From: an uncultured Gammaproteobacteria bacterium
Lineage (GTDB): Bacteria; Patescibacteriota; Patescibacteriia; CAZCGY01
Assembly: GCA_964498355.1 (NCBI GenBank)
Contig: CAZCGY010000003.1
Coordinates: forward strand, 1,529-34,169
DNA length: 32,641 bases
Reading direction: 5' to 3'
Part shown: one piece after another, positions 1 through 9,442 of the stretch
Layout: every line of letters begins with the position of its first letter
Numbering within the stretch: the first letter of the stretch is position 1
Translations under genes and position numbers: made by a program
Notes under the pieces: model-generated
Seen by the model: only the letters and a program-made list of their open reading frames with translations
What the model was told of the DNA's origin: nothing
Databases searched by the model: none

Positions 1-208
1 CTTCGCAAAAACGTTCAAAGGCGGCGTGAGCGTGGCAGCCGGCGACGTCGATGGCGACGGTACGGACGAGATCATTGTTGCTCCGAGTTCGATCGCAGGG
101 CCGCAGGTTAAGATTTTCCGTAAAAATGGTACACTCATTTCACAGTTCTTCGCCTTCGCAAAAACGTTCAAAGGCGGCGTGAGCGTGGCAGCCGGCGACG
201 TCGATGGC
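1..208 (+). repeat. Exact 55-nt in-frame direct repeat (1-55 = 154-208), period 153 nt, inside the FG-GAP gene
   Basis: cttcgcaaaaacgttcaaaggcggcgtgagcgtggcagccggcgacgtcgatggc occurs twice; first mismatch is g56 versus a209. Confidence 0.95.
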
Positions 209-361
209 AACGGCGTAACGGACATTATTACCGGGTCTGGAGCCGGCGAAAAATCACAAGTCCGAGTTTTTTCAAAAAAAGGGAAACTCCTGCGTCAATT
301 TCCGGTTTTTGCCTCAACCTACCTCGGCGGGGTGCAGGTTGTTGCCGGGTTCTCACTGTAA
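2..361 (+). CDS. FG-GAP/VCBS-type repeat surface protein, C-terminal fragment (5' end outside window)
   Basis: Frame is open from the window edge to TAA at 359-361. Blades FAKTFKGGVSVAAGDVDGDGTDEIIV / FAKTFKGGVSVAAGDVDGNGVTDIIT / ...YLGGVQVVAG with DxDxDG loops recur every 51 aa. Confidence 0.75.
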   Translation, partial: FAKTFKGGVSVAAGDVDGDGTDEIIVAPSSIAGPQVKIFRKNGTLISQFFAFAKTFKGGVSVAAGDVDGNGVTDIITGSGAGEKSQVRVFSKKGKLLRQFPVFASTYLGGVQVVAGFSL

Positions 362-369
362 ACCTTCCC

Positions 370-1617
370 ATGCGACAGTCATTCCTCTTCCCAAAAACAA
401 GAAAGGAAGCTCCCCGTGGTGAGACAAGCGCCAACGCGCAGCTGCTTGAGCGTGGCGGCTTTATTGCAAAACTCATGGCCGGGGTGTACGCATATCTTCC
501 ACTCGGTTTGCGAGTTCTCAAGAAGATCGAGAACATCATCCGTCGTGAGATGGATGCCTTGGGAGCACAAGAGCTCTTTTTGCCCGCGCTGCAGTCCAAG
601 GAGCTCTGGGACGCCACAGGCCGCTGGGAAGGGCTCAGCAAGGTCATGTATCAGTTCGAGGATCACGCAGGGCGCTGGGCCGGGCTTGCCGTCACGCATG
701 AAGAGGTCGCTGCTGAACTTGCCCACCGCAACGTGAAATCGTACAAAGATCTTCCGTTCGCTCTGTATCAAATACAAACGAAATTCCGGCACGAATTGCG
801 GGCGAAATCAGGGCTCATCCGAGGACGTGAATTTTCGATGAAGGACCTGTACAGCTTTCATGCAACTGAAGAGGAACTCACGAAGTTTTACGACGCCGTC
901 AAAGAGAGTTATCTGAGGATTTTCTCGGCATGTGGATTAACGGCAAGGATCGTTGAGGCCTCAGGCGGGGATTTTTCAAAAGAGTATTCCCATGAGTTTC
1001 AAGTGTTCACGGATGCGGGCGAAGATACGGTCATCTACTGCTCGTCTTGCTCATTCGCTCAAAACGCAGAAATCGCCTCGGGCCAAAAAGGTGCGCCGTG
1101 CCCTCAATGTCATTCGAACGCGTTATCCTCGTCGCGGGCAATCGAGGTGGGCAATATCTTTAAGCTAGGTACGCGTTTCAGCGATCCGATTGGTGCACAT
1201 TTCGTCGATGGCCAAGGAGCTTCAAGTCCAATAATCATGGCCTCGTACGGTATCGGACCGAGCAGAGTGCTCGGGACTATCGTGGAGGTCCACCATGATG
1301 AAAAAGGAATTCTGTGGCCTGCGACCGTTTCACCGTTTCAGCTGCACCTCCTTGCCCTTGGGAAAGACCACATGGCGCATGCAACGGCACTGTACGATAC
1401 GCTCACCCGCGCACATGTCGATGTGCTCTTCGACGATCGCGAGAGTTCTGCCGGCGAAAAGTTTGCTGATGCTGATCTTCTTGGTATCCACCTTCGGGCC
1501 GTAGTGTCGGCGCGGACAGAGAGCAAGATTGAGGTTCAGGTCCGCGGATCAACAAAACGTGAACTCCTCACCTACGAAGAGCTTCTAGGACGTCTGCTCG
1601 CCCCGCAGATGTCTTGA
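370..1617 (+). CDS. proS: Prolyl-tRNA synthetase, short bacterial-type form without the INS editing domain
   Basis: 415 aa. N-terminus FLFPKTRKEAP...AQLLERGGFI and class II motifs (REFSMKDLYSFH, SHEFQV, GIGPSRV) match ProRS, followed by an anticodon-binding C-terminus. CSSC-x17-CPQC sits where INS normally lies. Confidence 0.9.
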   Translation: MRQSFLFPKTRKEAPRGETSANAQLLERGGFIAKLMAGVYAYLPLGLRVLKKIENIIRREMDALGAQELFLPALQSKELWDATGRWEGLSKVMYQFEDHAGRWAGLAVTHEEVAAELAHRNVKSYKDLPFALYQIQTKFRHELRAKSGLIRGREFSMKDLYSFHATEEELTKFYDAVKESYLRIFSACGLTARIVEASGGDFSKEYSHEFQVFTDAGEDTVIYCSSCSFAQNAEIASGQKGAPCPQCHSNALSSSRAIEVGNIFKLGTRFSDPIGAHFVDGQGASSPIIMASYGIGPSRVLGTIVEVHHDEKGILWPATVSPFQLHLLALGKDHMAHATALYDTLTRAHVDVLFDDRESSAGEKFADADLLGIHLRAVVSARTESKIEVQVRGSTKRELLTYEELLGRLLAPQMS

Positions 1618-1685
1618 GGGGAGCTGGACTTGCCAAAAAACCCAGATTCGGGTAGGGTAGAACAACGATTTTTAGGCCATGAACC

Positions 1686-2741
1686 ATGTTCAATAGCGTC
1701 CTCGGCCGCTTTTCGCGCGATATGGGGGTCGATCTTGGGACCGCCAATACTTTAGTTTACGTACGCGACAAAGGCATTGTCGTCAATGAGCCGTCGATTG
1801 TCGCAATCAATACGCGCAACGACCAGCTTCTGGCCGTCGGTGAGGAAGCCCGTCGGATGGTCGGGAAAACTCCGGCACACATCATCGCGAGCCGGCCGCT
1901 TATCGAAGGCATTATCTCAGATTTTGAGGTTGCTGAACGCATGCTGCGCTATTTCATTGAGCGAGTCCACCGCGAGACCTTCACGATCTTGCCACGACCA
2001 CGCATCGTTATCGGCATCCCGCTCGGCGTCACTGAGGTTGAAATCAAGGCGGTCGAAGACGCCGCCTTGGGTGCTGGCGCGCGTGAGGTTTTTCTGCTCG
2101 ACCAGCCAATGGCTGCGGCAATCGGATCGCGTCTGCCAATCCAGGATCCGTCAGGGAACATGGTGGTTGATATTGGCGGCGGCACGACGCAAATCGCAGT
2201 CATATCATTGGGTGGCATTGTCACCTGGAAGACGCTGAAGGTCGCCGGCGACGTCATGAATCAGCATCTGATTCAATATGCACGCGATCAGTTTAACCTT
2301 CTCCTTGGTGACCGAACCGCGGAAGAGATAAAAATCCAGATTGGGAGCGCCTTTCCCATGAAAGAACCGCGAGAAGCAAAGATGCGCGGCCGTGATTTGC
2401 TGAGTGGGTTACCCAAAGAGGTCTCCATCACGAGTGACCAGGTTCGGGAAGCGCTCACACGACCGATACGGCAAATTATTGAGGCAGTGAAGTCGACCAT
2501 TGAGATTACTCCTCCCGAATTGGTTGCCGATATTTTCGAGCGCGGCATTATCCTGACCGGCGGCGGCTCGCTCTTGCATGGCTTGCCGGAACTCCTGAGA
2601 CATGAAACGCAAATTCCAGTCCAGGTGGCAGACGACCCGCTCACGTGTGTTGTTCGAGGTACCGGGATTGTCCTTGAGGATCTTGAACAGCTCCGCGGGG
2701 TGCTGACCCTCTCGACACAAACATCCCGGCAGCAATCGTGA
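1686..2741 (+). CDS. mreB: Rod-shape determining actin homolog MreB
   Basis: 351 aa with DLGTANTLVY, VVDIGGGTT and ILTGGGSLL phosphate/adenosine motifs; followed by mreC and mreD. Confidence 0.95.
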   Translation: MFNSVLGRFSRDMGVDLGTANTLVYVRDKGIVVNEPSIVAINTRNDQLLAVGEEARRMVGKTPAHIIASRPLIEGIISDFEVAERMLRYFIERVHRETFTILPRPRIVIGIPLGVTEVEIKAVEDAALGAGAREVFLLDQPMAAAIGSRLPIQDPSGNMVVDIGGGTTQIAVISLGGIVTWKTLKVAGDVMNQHLIQYARDQFNLLLGDRTAEEIKIQIGSAFPMKEPREAKMRGRDLLSGLPKEVSITSDQVREALTRPIRQIIEAVKSTIEITPPELVADIFERGIILTGGGSLLHGLPELLRHETQIPVQVADDPLTCVVRGTGIVLEDLEQLRGVLTLSTQTSRQQS

Positions 2742-2763
2742 AGAGATTGATCCTTACGTTATT

Positions 2764-3540
2764 GTGATGCGTACGAAAAGTTTTAGGCTGACTCTCTTTG
2801 TTACCGCCGCGCTTCTTCTTGTCGTCTTGTTTTTCTCCGGCGCATTCGGCGCTATCGGCGGCTGGGCCGCGGCGATTCTTGGCCCCATTGGCCGCGCTCT
2901 CACGTCGCTCACTCCCGGGGGCAGCCCTGGATCGACGAAAGATGTTCAGGTGCTCGAAGATACAATCGCACGATTGTTGGTCGAGAACGTTCGACTCAAA
3001 GACGAGCGCGAAAGCACAAAGGCGGACGCAGACCTTTCTTCATGGCTTGCGCAACGTGCATTACGCGGCGAGGTCGCGCATGTGATTGGTCAGACGCCAG
3101 AAAGCGGGGATAGCATGTTGATCATCGACCGGGGTTCAGAGAGGAAGATACAAAAAGGTGCACCCGTTCTCCTTGGGAATGGGGTGCTCCTCGGGGTCGT
3201 CGAGGATGCCCGCTCCTATCGAAGCACTGTTCTCCCGGTCACGAGCCCAAGATCATTAATCGCTGCGACGGTTGATAATGGTAGAAAAACCCCTGGCCTT
3301 GTACGGGGCGAACACGGTCTCACGATGAGCATGGAGTCTATTCCGCAAAACGAGCCTCTCGAAACCGGCCAGGCCGTTGTGACATCAAACCTCAACGAGC
3401 GCATCCCCGAAAGTCTCCTTCTTGGAACAATCCAGAACGTAACACTCAGTGTCGGTGATGTCTTTCAGAAGGCCTCCGTCCTCCCAATTCTTGACCTTCG
3501 ACGAGCCCGCTCCGTCGTTATTATCATCAGTGAGCGATGA
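2764..3540 (+). CDS. mreC: Rod-shape protein MreC
   Basis: 258 aa: N-terminal TM segment, short coiled coil (LEDTIARLLVENVRLKDE), then a beta-rich domain (VVTSNLNERIPESLLLGTI). Sits between mreB and mreD. GTG at 2764 or ATG at 2767. Confidence 0.8.
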   Translation: MMRTKSFRLTLFVTAALLLVVLFFSGAFGAIGGWAAAILGPIGRALTSLTPGGSPGSTKDVQVLEDTIARLLVENVRLKDERESTKADADLSSWLAQRALRGEVAHVIGQTPESGDSMLIIDRGSERKIQKGAPVLLGNGVLLGVVEDARSYRSTVLPVTSPRSLIAATVDNGRKTPGLVRGEHGLTMSMESIPQNEPLETGQAVVTSNLNERIPESLLLGTIQNVTLSVGDVFQKASVLPILDLRRARSVVIIISER

Positions 3541-4064
3541 TCCGCTACCCCCTTGCCATTTGTAGCGCAGCGTTGGCTGCCATGGTCTACATCAGCTTGT
3601 TTCTCGCTCTCCCTATCTTCCGCTTTGTTCATCTACCAGCACTCTGTCTTGTTCTCTGCACTCTCTCTTGCGGGAAGACGTTGCAGTGGTGCTTTGCCGC
3701 GGGGCTTGCCTTGACGTTAGGGTTGTATTCTGCAACAAACTTTTTGATTTTCCCAACCGCTCTCGCCATCACCTTGCTTCTGGTGCGCACGCTCTACGAA
3801 CATTTTTTTACCAATCGATCCATCTACGGCGTTACTGCCATGACAGCGGTTGCAACGGCGTCCCTTACTCTCACGACCTTCGCAGCAGACGTTGTCCTGT
3901 CAGAGGGGGGGCTCCCTTACGCAGATGTCGTTATCGATGTACTCTGGACATGGGGGGTCACTGTGCTCACAAGCGTCGCCCTCTTTTATTCCTCACTACT
4001 GCTCTTGCGCAGTATCAAAAAAACGATTCGAATTCGCGGCGGGCAGCGGGGAATCATCATATGA
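3537..4064 (+). CDS. mreD: Polytopic membrane protein, MreD by position
   Basis: 175 aa and very hydrophobic. ATGA overlap with the mreC stop (3537-3540) and with the PBP2 start (4061-4064). Confidence 0.6.
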   Translation: MIRYPLAICSAALAAMVYISLFLALPIFRFVHLPALCLVLCTLSCGKTLQWCFAAGLALTLGLYSATNFLIFPTALAITLLLVRTLYEHFFTNRSIYGVTAMTAVATASLTLTTFAADVVLSEGGLPYADVVIDVLWTWGVTVLTSVALFYSSLLLLRSIKKTIRIRGGQRGIII

Positions 4065-5992
4065 AAAGCAGCCGAAAAATATTTTTTGCAATCAGCAACG
4101 TCATACCGCCGTCGGGGCGACCCCTCAGGACCTATAACGAGAAGTCGTGGGGGTTTGAGGCAGATCCTGCGGTTGCTTCTGACGCCTCACTGCTTCGCTG
4201 GAACCCCGGCAGGCGAAGGTTGTTTCTTGCGTTTCTTCTCTTTTTCATCGGCGTCTCCACGCTTTTTGGTCGGCTTGCGTATCTTCAAATTGCTCATGGT
4301 GCGTCGTTGCGTCTCGCCGCTGAAGAAAACAGGATTCGTATTGCTCCGCTCAAAGCGGCCCGTGGGGTCATCTATGACCGCCGCGGCACACTCCTCGTCC
4401 AAAACGTTCCAAATTTCATTGTTGAGATCGTTCCAGGGGATCTTCCTAGTGAAGAGAAACTTTCTGATCTTGCCGCGAGGCTCTCAACGATTCTTTCTGA
4501 GGACCCCGCAGTCATCCTTTCTGAACTGCGCGAAAAGCAGACTCGTTCATTCCGCGGCCTTCTCTTCCGCGATCATCTTGATTACACGACGGCGATGAAA
4601 CTCCGCCTCATTGAACGTGATCTTCCGGGGGTACACGTCGTCGTCTCTGCAAGTCGCGAGTACCTTGGTGGCAGCGCGTTCTCTCATCTCTTGGGATACA
4701 CAGGGAACATTTCACCGGAAGAACTTGCACGCGCCCACCCAGCTCAACGGTATCTCATGGTAGACCAAATCGGGAAAACCGGGCTTGAGCGTTCCTACGA
4801 ATTGACGCTTCGGGGTATTGACGGCCAGAAACAGATTGAGGTTAATGCTGTCGGAAAAGAGCAGCGCGTCATTGCGACGGAACCGCCTGTCCTTGGCAAG
4901 GATCTCTGGCTGAGCATCGACGCAAACCTTCAACAGGAGACACAGCGCGCGCTTGACGCAGCGGTCGGTCGTCTCCGTCTGGATGGTGGAGCAGTTGTCG
5001 TCATGGACGTTCGGAATGGTGAGATTCTTGCCCTCGCAAGCTCCCCAACGTTTGACAATAACATTTTCGTTCGAGGCGGTCCCGAGGAGCGCTACACCGA
5101 TCTTCTGCATGACCAGAGAAACCCGTTGTTCAACAGATCCGTTGCCGGCCAGTACCCTCCAGGATCCACGATCAAGCCGCTCCTTGCGGCCGCGGGGCTT
5201 GAAGAGAGGGTCATTACCGGCTCGACAACCGTTCAGAGTACCGGCGGCATCACGATCGGCCAATGGTCCTTCCCTGACTGGAAGGCCGGAGGCCATGGTG
5301 TGACTGACATCCGCAAGGCCATTGCATGGTCGGTCAATACCTTCTTCTATACCCTTGGCGGAGGGACAGATACGTTTTCCGGGCTTGGGCTTGATCGTAT
5401 GCTGAGCTATCTTCGCGAGTTTGGCCTCGGCGCAAAAAGCGGCGTCGACATTCCTGGAGAAGCAACTGGCTTTCTCCCGTCGCGGGAATGGAAAGAAACG
5501 ACGAAGAAAGAAAAATGGTACATCGGCGACACGTACCATCTGGCTATAGGCCAAGGCGATGTTCTTGTCACGCCGCTTCAAATGGCGAGCGCCACCTCCA
5601 CGATTGCAAATAATGGCGGGCTTTTTCAGCCGCACCTCGTACATGCCATTGGCGACTCGTCGCGCCGAACTGAGGTTCAGCGAGCTGCCGAACGTTACGG
5701 CTTTGTGTCACCTTCGAATCTCAAGATTGTTCGAGAAGGGATGCGTCAGGCCGTTCTTGATGGCAGTGCGGCTGCTGTCCAGAATGGTATACCCCAGCCC
5801 GTTGCTGCGAAAACCGGAACAGCGCAATATGGTGCTCAGAAAGCAACGCATGCCTGGTTTACGGCGTTTGCGCCCTACGACGATCCCCAGGTTGCGCTTG
5901 CCGTCGTCGTCGAGGGCGGCGGTGAAGGAACAGCCACTGCGCTGCCAGTCGCGCGCGATGTCCTTGCAAGCTATTTTCAGCTGCAACGCTAG
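4061..5992 (+). CDS. mrdA: Penicillin-binding protein 2 (elongasome transpeptidase)
   Basis: 643 aa from ATG 4061. The track ORF from 3668 is an upstream run-on through mreD. TM anchor present, with transpeptidase motifs STIK (PPGSTIKP), SVN (WSVNT) and KTG (AKTGTA). Confidence 0.9.
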   Translation: MKSSRKIFFAISNVIPPSGRPLRTYNEKSWGFEADPAVASDASLLRWNPGRRRLFLAFLLFFIGVSTLFGRLAYLQIAHGASLRLAAEENRIRIAPLKAARGVIYDRRGTLLVQNVPNFIVEIVPGDLPSEEKLSDLAARLSTILSEDPAVILSELREKQTRSFRGLLFRDHLDYTTAMKLRLIERDLPGVHVVVSASREYLGGSAFSHLLGYTGNISPEELARAHPAQRYLMVDQIGKTGLERSYELTLRGIDGQKQIEVNAVGKEQRVIATEPPVLGKDLWLSIDANLQQETQRALDAAVGRLRLDGGAVVVMDVRNGEILALASSPTFDNNIFVRGGPEERYTDLLHDQRNPLFNRSVAGQYPPGSTIKPLLAAAGLEERVITGSTTVQSTGGITIGQWSFPDWKAGGHGVTDIRKAIAWSVNTFFYTLGGGTDTFSGLGLDRMLSYLREFGLGAKSGVDIPGEATGFLPSREWKETTKKEKWYIGDTYHLAIGQGDVLVTPLQMASATSTIANNGGLFQPHLVHAIGDSSRRTEVQRAAERYGFVSPSNLKIVREGMRQAVLDGSAAAVQNGIPQPVAAKTGTAQYGAQKATHAWFTAFAPYDDPQVALAVVVEGGGEGTATALPVARDVLASYFQLQR

Positions 5993-6165
5993 TGTGGAAA
6001 AGTCGCTTGACAGAATTTGTTGTTTTTTCCATTCTTCACTATCATAACAAAGCGCGAATGTGTGAGTGCCGAGAAGCCGGCGGTTCCAAGCGAACCGTCG
6101 TCTGAGTACCACGGCAAATGCGGTAAGGACTTTCCTTCGGATTTTCGTCATACTACCAAAGACCA

Positions 6166-6624
6166 ATGACAGGATACTATCTCACGCAACAAGGGCTAGA
6201 AAAGCTTCAGCAGGAACTGAGAGAGCTGAAAAACGTGAAACGACGTGAGGTTGCCGACCGTATTCAGCAAGCAAAAGAGCTTGGCGACCTTTCAGAAAAC
6301 GCTGAGTACGTCGAAGCGAAAACCGAGCAGGCCTTTACTGAAGGTCGGATCGTTGAAGTTGAGAACACGTTGAGGAACGCCATTGTCATCGACGAGTCGA
6401 AAAAAGGGGACACCATCACGGTCGGTTCTACCATCGCGGTAAAAATCGAGGGTAAAGATATTGAATATTCGATTGTCGGCTCCAACGAAGCCGATCCAGC
6501 CAACGGGAAGATTTCAAATGAGTCCCCGCTCGGGAAAGCATTTCTTGGAAAGAAGGTAGGGGAGACAGTCGTGATCAACGCTCCTCGTGGTGTCATGCAA
6601 TACACCATCGTCGCTCTTAAGTAG
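6166..6624 (+). CDS. greA: Transcription elongation factor GreA
   Basis: 152 aa: coiled-coil N-terminus with the acidic tip (ELGDLSENAEYVEAK) and the GreA C-terminal domain (ISNESPLGKAFLGKKVGETV). Confidence 0.92.
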   Translation: MTGYYLTQQGLEKLQQELRELKNVKRREVADRIQQAKELGDLSENAEYVEAKTEQAFTEGRIVEVENTLRNAIVIDESKKGDTITVGSTIAVKIEGKDIEYSIVGSNEADPANGKISNESPLGKAFLGKKVGETVVINAPRGVMQYTIVALK

Positions 6625-6665
6625 CTTCCATACGGCACTTCGCGCTCCTTCTGTTGCACGTTGTG

Positions 6666-6674
6666 TGCTATACT
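6666..6674 (+). promoter_or_regulatory. Extended -10 promoter element TGcTATACT upstream of lysS
   Basis: Sequence match only; the same TGnTATACT-like motif recurs upstream of several other genes in the window. Confidence 0.35.
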
Positions 6675-6697
6675 GAAACGGCAGTTACTCTACACGT

Positions 6698-8173
6698 ATG
6701 AGCCGATTTGATGAACAGCGCGAAGCCCGGCGTCTGAAACGCGCTGAAATGATTGCTGCCGGGATCAATCCGTACCCAGCTCGATCAAAAAGGACTCACC
6801 GTTGCGCAAATGCGGCCGCGGATTTTGATCGTCTCGTGGCCGCGAAGGAGCCAATCACCCTGGCCGGAAGAATCCGCGCCCTTCGTCCCCATGGAGGAAC
6901 GACATTCCTTGAGCTGGAGGATGAATCAGGGACTTTTCAACTGGTTTTTTCTCGCGATACGCTCGGGCAAGACACCTACCCTGCACTGATGAAGTCAATC
7001 GACCTCGGTGATTTTTTTGAAGCGACAGGCTCCCTTATAAAAACCAGGAGTGGCCAGCCGACCCTTGCGGCAACCTCAGGAGGTATGCTTGCAAAGGCAC
7101 TGCGACCGCTTCCAGAAAAGTATTACGGGCTCAAAGATATCGAAACCCGTTTACGACGACGGTACCTCGATCTTCTCATGAACCCAGGGGTTCGAGAACT
7201 TTTCCAGAGAAAGGCCGTCTTTTGGTCAACTGTCCGCACGACCCTTGTACAGGCCGGCTTCCTTGAGGTTGAAACCCCGGTGTTTGAGAGCGTCCCGGGC
7301 GGCGCTGAAGCAGAGCCTTTTGTCACACACCACAATGCACTCGATCAGCAGGTGACCTTGCGTATTTCGCTTGAACTCCCATTGAAACGTCTTCTCGTCG
7401 GCGGTTTCGAGAAAGTGTTCGAAATTGGGAGAATCTTTCGGAATGAAGGGATTTCAGCAGAACACCTTCAGGACTACACCCAAATGGAGTTGTACTGGGC
7501 ATATGCCGATTACCGAGATCTCATGGAGTTTGTGCCAGAATTGTATAGGGAAGTTCTTCGGTCGACCGTCGGCAGCTTGCGCATGACGTACGCAGGTCAG
7601 ACCGTCGACTGGGGTGCACCGTGGGAACGCTACGACTACTACGATCTCTTTGCGCGGCACGCGGGCCTCGATCTTCACTCGAGTGATGTGCCCGAGCTCA
7701 AGAAAACGGCTCAACGGCTTCGATGTTCCATTGCAGACTACGCCCAACGCGGGCGGCTGATTGATGCCATCTACAAAAAAGCGGTTCGGCCTCACCTGGT
7801 GAAGCCGGGTTTTCTTCTCGATCCTCCCGTTGAAGTTGAGCCGCTCGCAAAACGGCACGAGAACGATCCGACACGAGTAGAACGATTCCAGGTGGTGGCG
7901 TGGGGGAGCGAACTGGGCAAGGGTTTTAGCGAACTCAACGACCCCGTCGACCAGCAAGAGAGGTTCGAAGAGCAGATGCGCCTGCGCAACGCAGGGGACA
8001 AGGAGGCACAACGCCTGGACGCCGATTTTCTTGACGCTTTGGAGTACGGAATGCCCCCGGCTGCAGGTTTTGGCATGTCAGAACGACTCTTTGCGTTCTC
8101 TGTTGACCGCCCGGTGAGAGAGACGGTTATTTTCCCTCTCATGAAAGAGGAAAAGGGACACAACGATGCTTGA
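6698..8173 (+). CDS. lysS: Lysyl-tRNA synthetase, class II
   Basis: 491 aa: OB-fold N-terminus, class II motifs (FLEVETP, IFRNEGIS..H..ELYWAY, GFGMSERL). Confidence 0.93.
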   Translation: MSRFDEQREARRLKRAEMIAAGINPYPARSKRTHRCANAAADFDRLVAAKEPITLAGRIRALRPHGGTTFLELEDESGTFQLVFSRDTLGQDTYPALMKSIDLGDFFEATGSLIKTRSGQPTLAATSGGMLAKALRPLPEKYYGLKDIETRLRRRYLDLLMNPGVRELFQRKAVFWSTVRTTLVQAGFLEVETPVFESVPGGAEAEPFVTHHNALDQQVTLRISLELPLKRLLVGGFEKVFEIGRIFRNEGISAEHLQDYTQMELYWAYADYRDLMEFVPELYREVLRSTVGSLRMTYAGQTVDWGAPWERYDYYDLFARHAGLDLHSSDVPELKKTAQRLRCSIADYAQRGRLIDAIYKKAVRPHLVKPGFLLDPPVEVEPLAKRHENDPTRVERFQVVAWGSELGKGFSELNDPVDQQERFEEQMRLRNAGDKEAQRLDADFLDALEYGMPPAAGFGMSERLFAFSVDRPVRETVIFPLMKEEKGHNDA

Positions 8174-9428
8174 CCGAAAATATGTCAGAGAACACGTGGA
8201 TGAAGTTGAACAGGCAATCCGGGCGAAAGGATACGCTGGCGACTTGAAACGGTACTGTGAACTTGACCGCCAGCTTCTTGAATACCAGAGAGAGCGAGAA
8301 TCCATTCAGAAGGAAAAAAACGCGGTATCGGCTCGTATCGTCAGAGCCACGTCGCAAGAAAAGAAGCGGCTCATCGAGGAGATGAAAACGAAAGATGCGA
8401 GAAGTGACGAATTGAAACGGACGGCACAGGCGCTTGAAGACGAGCTCGCATCGCTCGGAGCCGAACTCCCGAATCTGCCCCGGCCCGACGTGAAAATCGG
8501 GCAAAACGGAGAAGAGAATGAAATTCTTCGCGAGGTTGGGGCCAAACCTCCATTCCAGTTTCCGGTGCAGGACTATCTCACGGTTGCCGAGAAGCTTGAT
8601 CTCATCGATATGCGCAGGGCCGCAAAGGCATCTGGGTCCCGTTTTGGCTACATCAAGGGTGAACTTGTGCAACTTCAGTTCGCTCTTGTCCAGTATGCAC
8701 TCAGTGTGCTCCTTCCACGCGGATTTCGCCCCGTGGTACCTCCTGTTTTGGTGAAAGAGAGCGCGATGGCTGCGATGGGCTACCTGGCCGCCCATGGTGA
8801 TGAAGAAACCTATCACCTCATTCGTGATGGCCTGTTTCTCGTTGGCACGTCTGAACAGTCAATCGGACCAATGCACGGCGGCGAGATTTTTGCGAAAAAC
8901 GATCTGCCGATCCGCTATGTTGCGTACTCGACATGCTTTCGGCGTGAATCAGGGAGTTACGGAAAAGACACGAAAGGCATTCTGAGAGTCCACCAATTTG
9001 ACAAGTTGGAGATGTTTTCATTCACCGACACGGCGACATCCGATCAGGAACATGAATTTCTCCTCAGCATGGAAGAGCAGCTCATGCAGGGTCTCCAACT
9101 GCCGTACCGAGTGGTCAAAATGGTCACCGGTGACCTCGGCGTGCCTGCGGCAAGGAAGTTCGACATCGAGACATGGTTGCCATCACGTGGCACATACCGA
9201 GAAACGCACTCGACATCGACGTGCACTGACTACCAGTCGCGGAGGTTGAATATCCGGTACAAAGATGGGGCGCTCACAAAGTTCGTCCACACGCTCAACG
9301 GGACTGCTTTTGCGATCGGGCGTACACTCATCGCGATTATCGAAAACTATCAGACGCAACAAGGAGGCATTCGGGTCCCCGAGGTGCTCCAGCCATATGT
9401 GCCGTTCAAAGTTATTGGTCAGGAGTAG
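8166..9428 (+). CDS. serS: Seryl-tRNA synthetase
   Basis: 420 aa: MLDRKYVRE start, long coiled-coil arm, motifs FRRESGSYGKDTKGILRVHQF and TLNGTAFAIGRTLIAIIENYQ. Overlaps the lysS stop by 8 nt. Confidence 0.93.
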   Translation: MLDRKYVREHVDEVEQAIRAKGYAGDLKRYCELDRQLLEYQRERESIQKEKNAVSARIVRATSQEKKRLIEEMKTKDARSDELKRTAQALEDELASLGAELPNLPRPDVKIGQNGEENEILREVGAKPPFQFPVQDYLTVAEKLDLIDMRRAAKASGSRFGYIKGELVQLQFALVQYALSVLLPRGFRPVVPPVLVKESAMAAMGYLAAHGDEETYHLIRDGLFLVGTSEQSIGPMHGGEIFAKNDLPIRYVAYSTCFRRESGSYGKDTKGILRVHQFDKLEMFSFTDTATSDQEHEFLLSMEEQLMQGLQLPYRVVKMVTGDLGVPAARKFDIETWLPSRGTYRETHSTSTCTDYQSRRLNIRYKDGALTKFVHTLNGTAFAIGRTLIAIIENYQTQQGGIRVPEVLQPYVPFKVIGQE

Positions 9429-9442
9429 GGGAGGACGTGAGC

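Noticed and set aside
3668-4060. 5' extension of the PBP2 reading frame (track ORF 3668-5992, 774 aa)
   Set aside because: The extension overlaps all of mreD in another frame and translates to R/C-rich nonsense. ATG 4061 forms an ATGA junction with the mreD stop and gives a normal PBP2 N-terminus with a TM anchor.
4712-5644. 310-aa antisense ORF inside the PBP2 gene
   Set aside because: Fully antisense to a gene with clear SxxK/SxN/KTG motifs. R/G/C-rich composition is typical of spurious open frames in GC-rich DNA.
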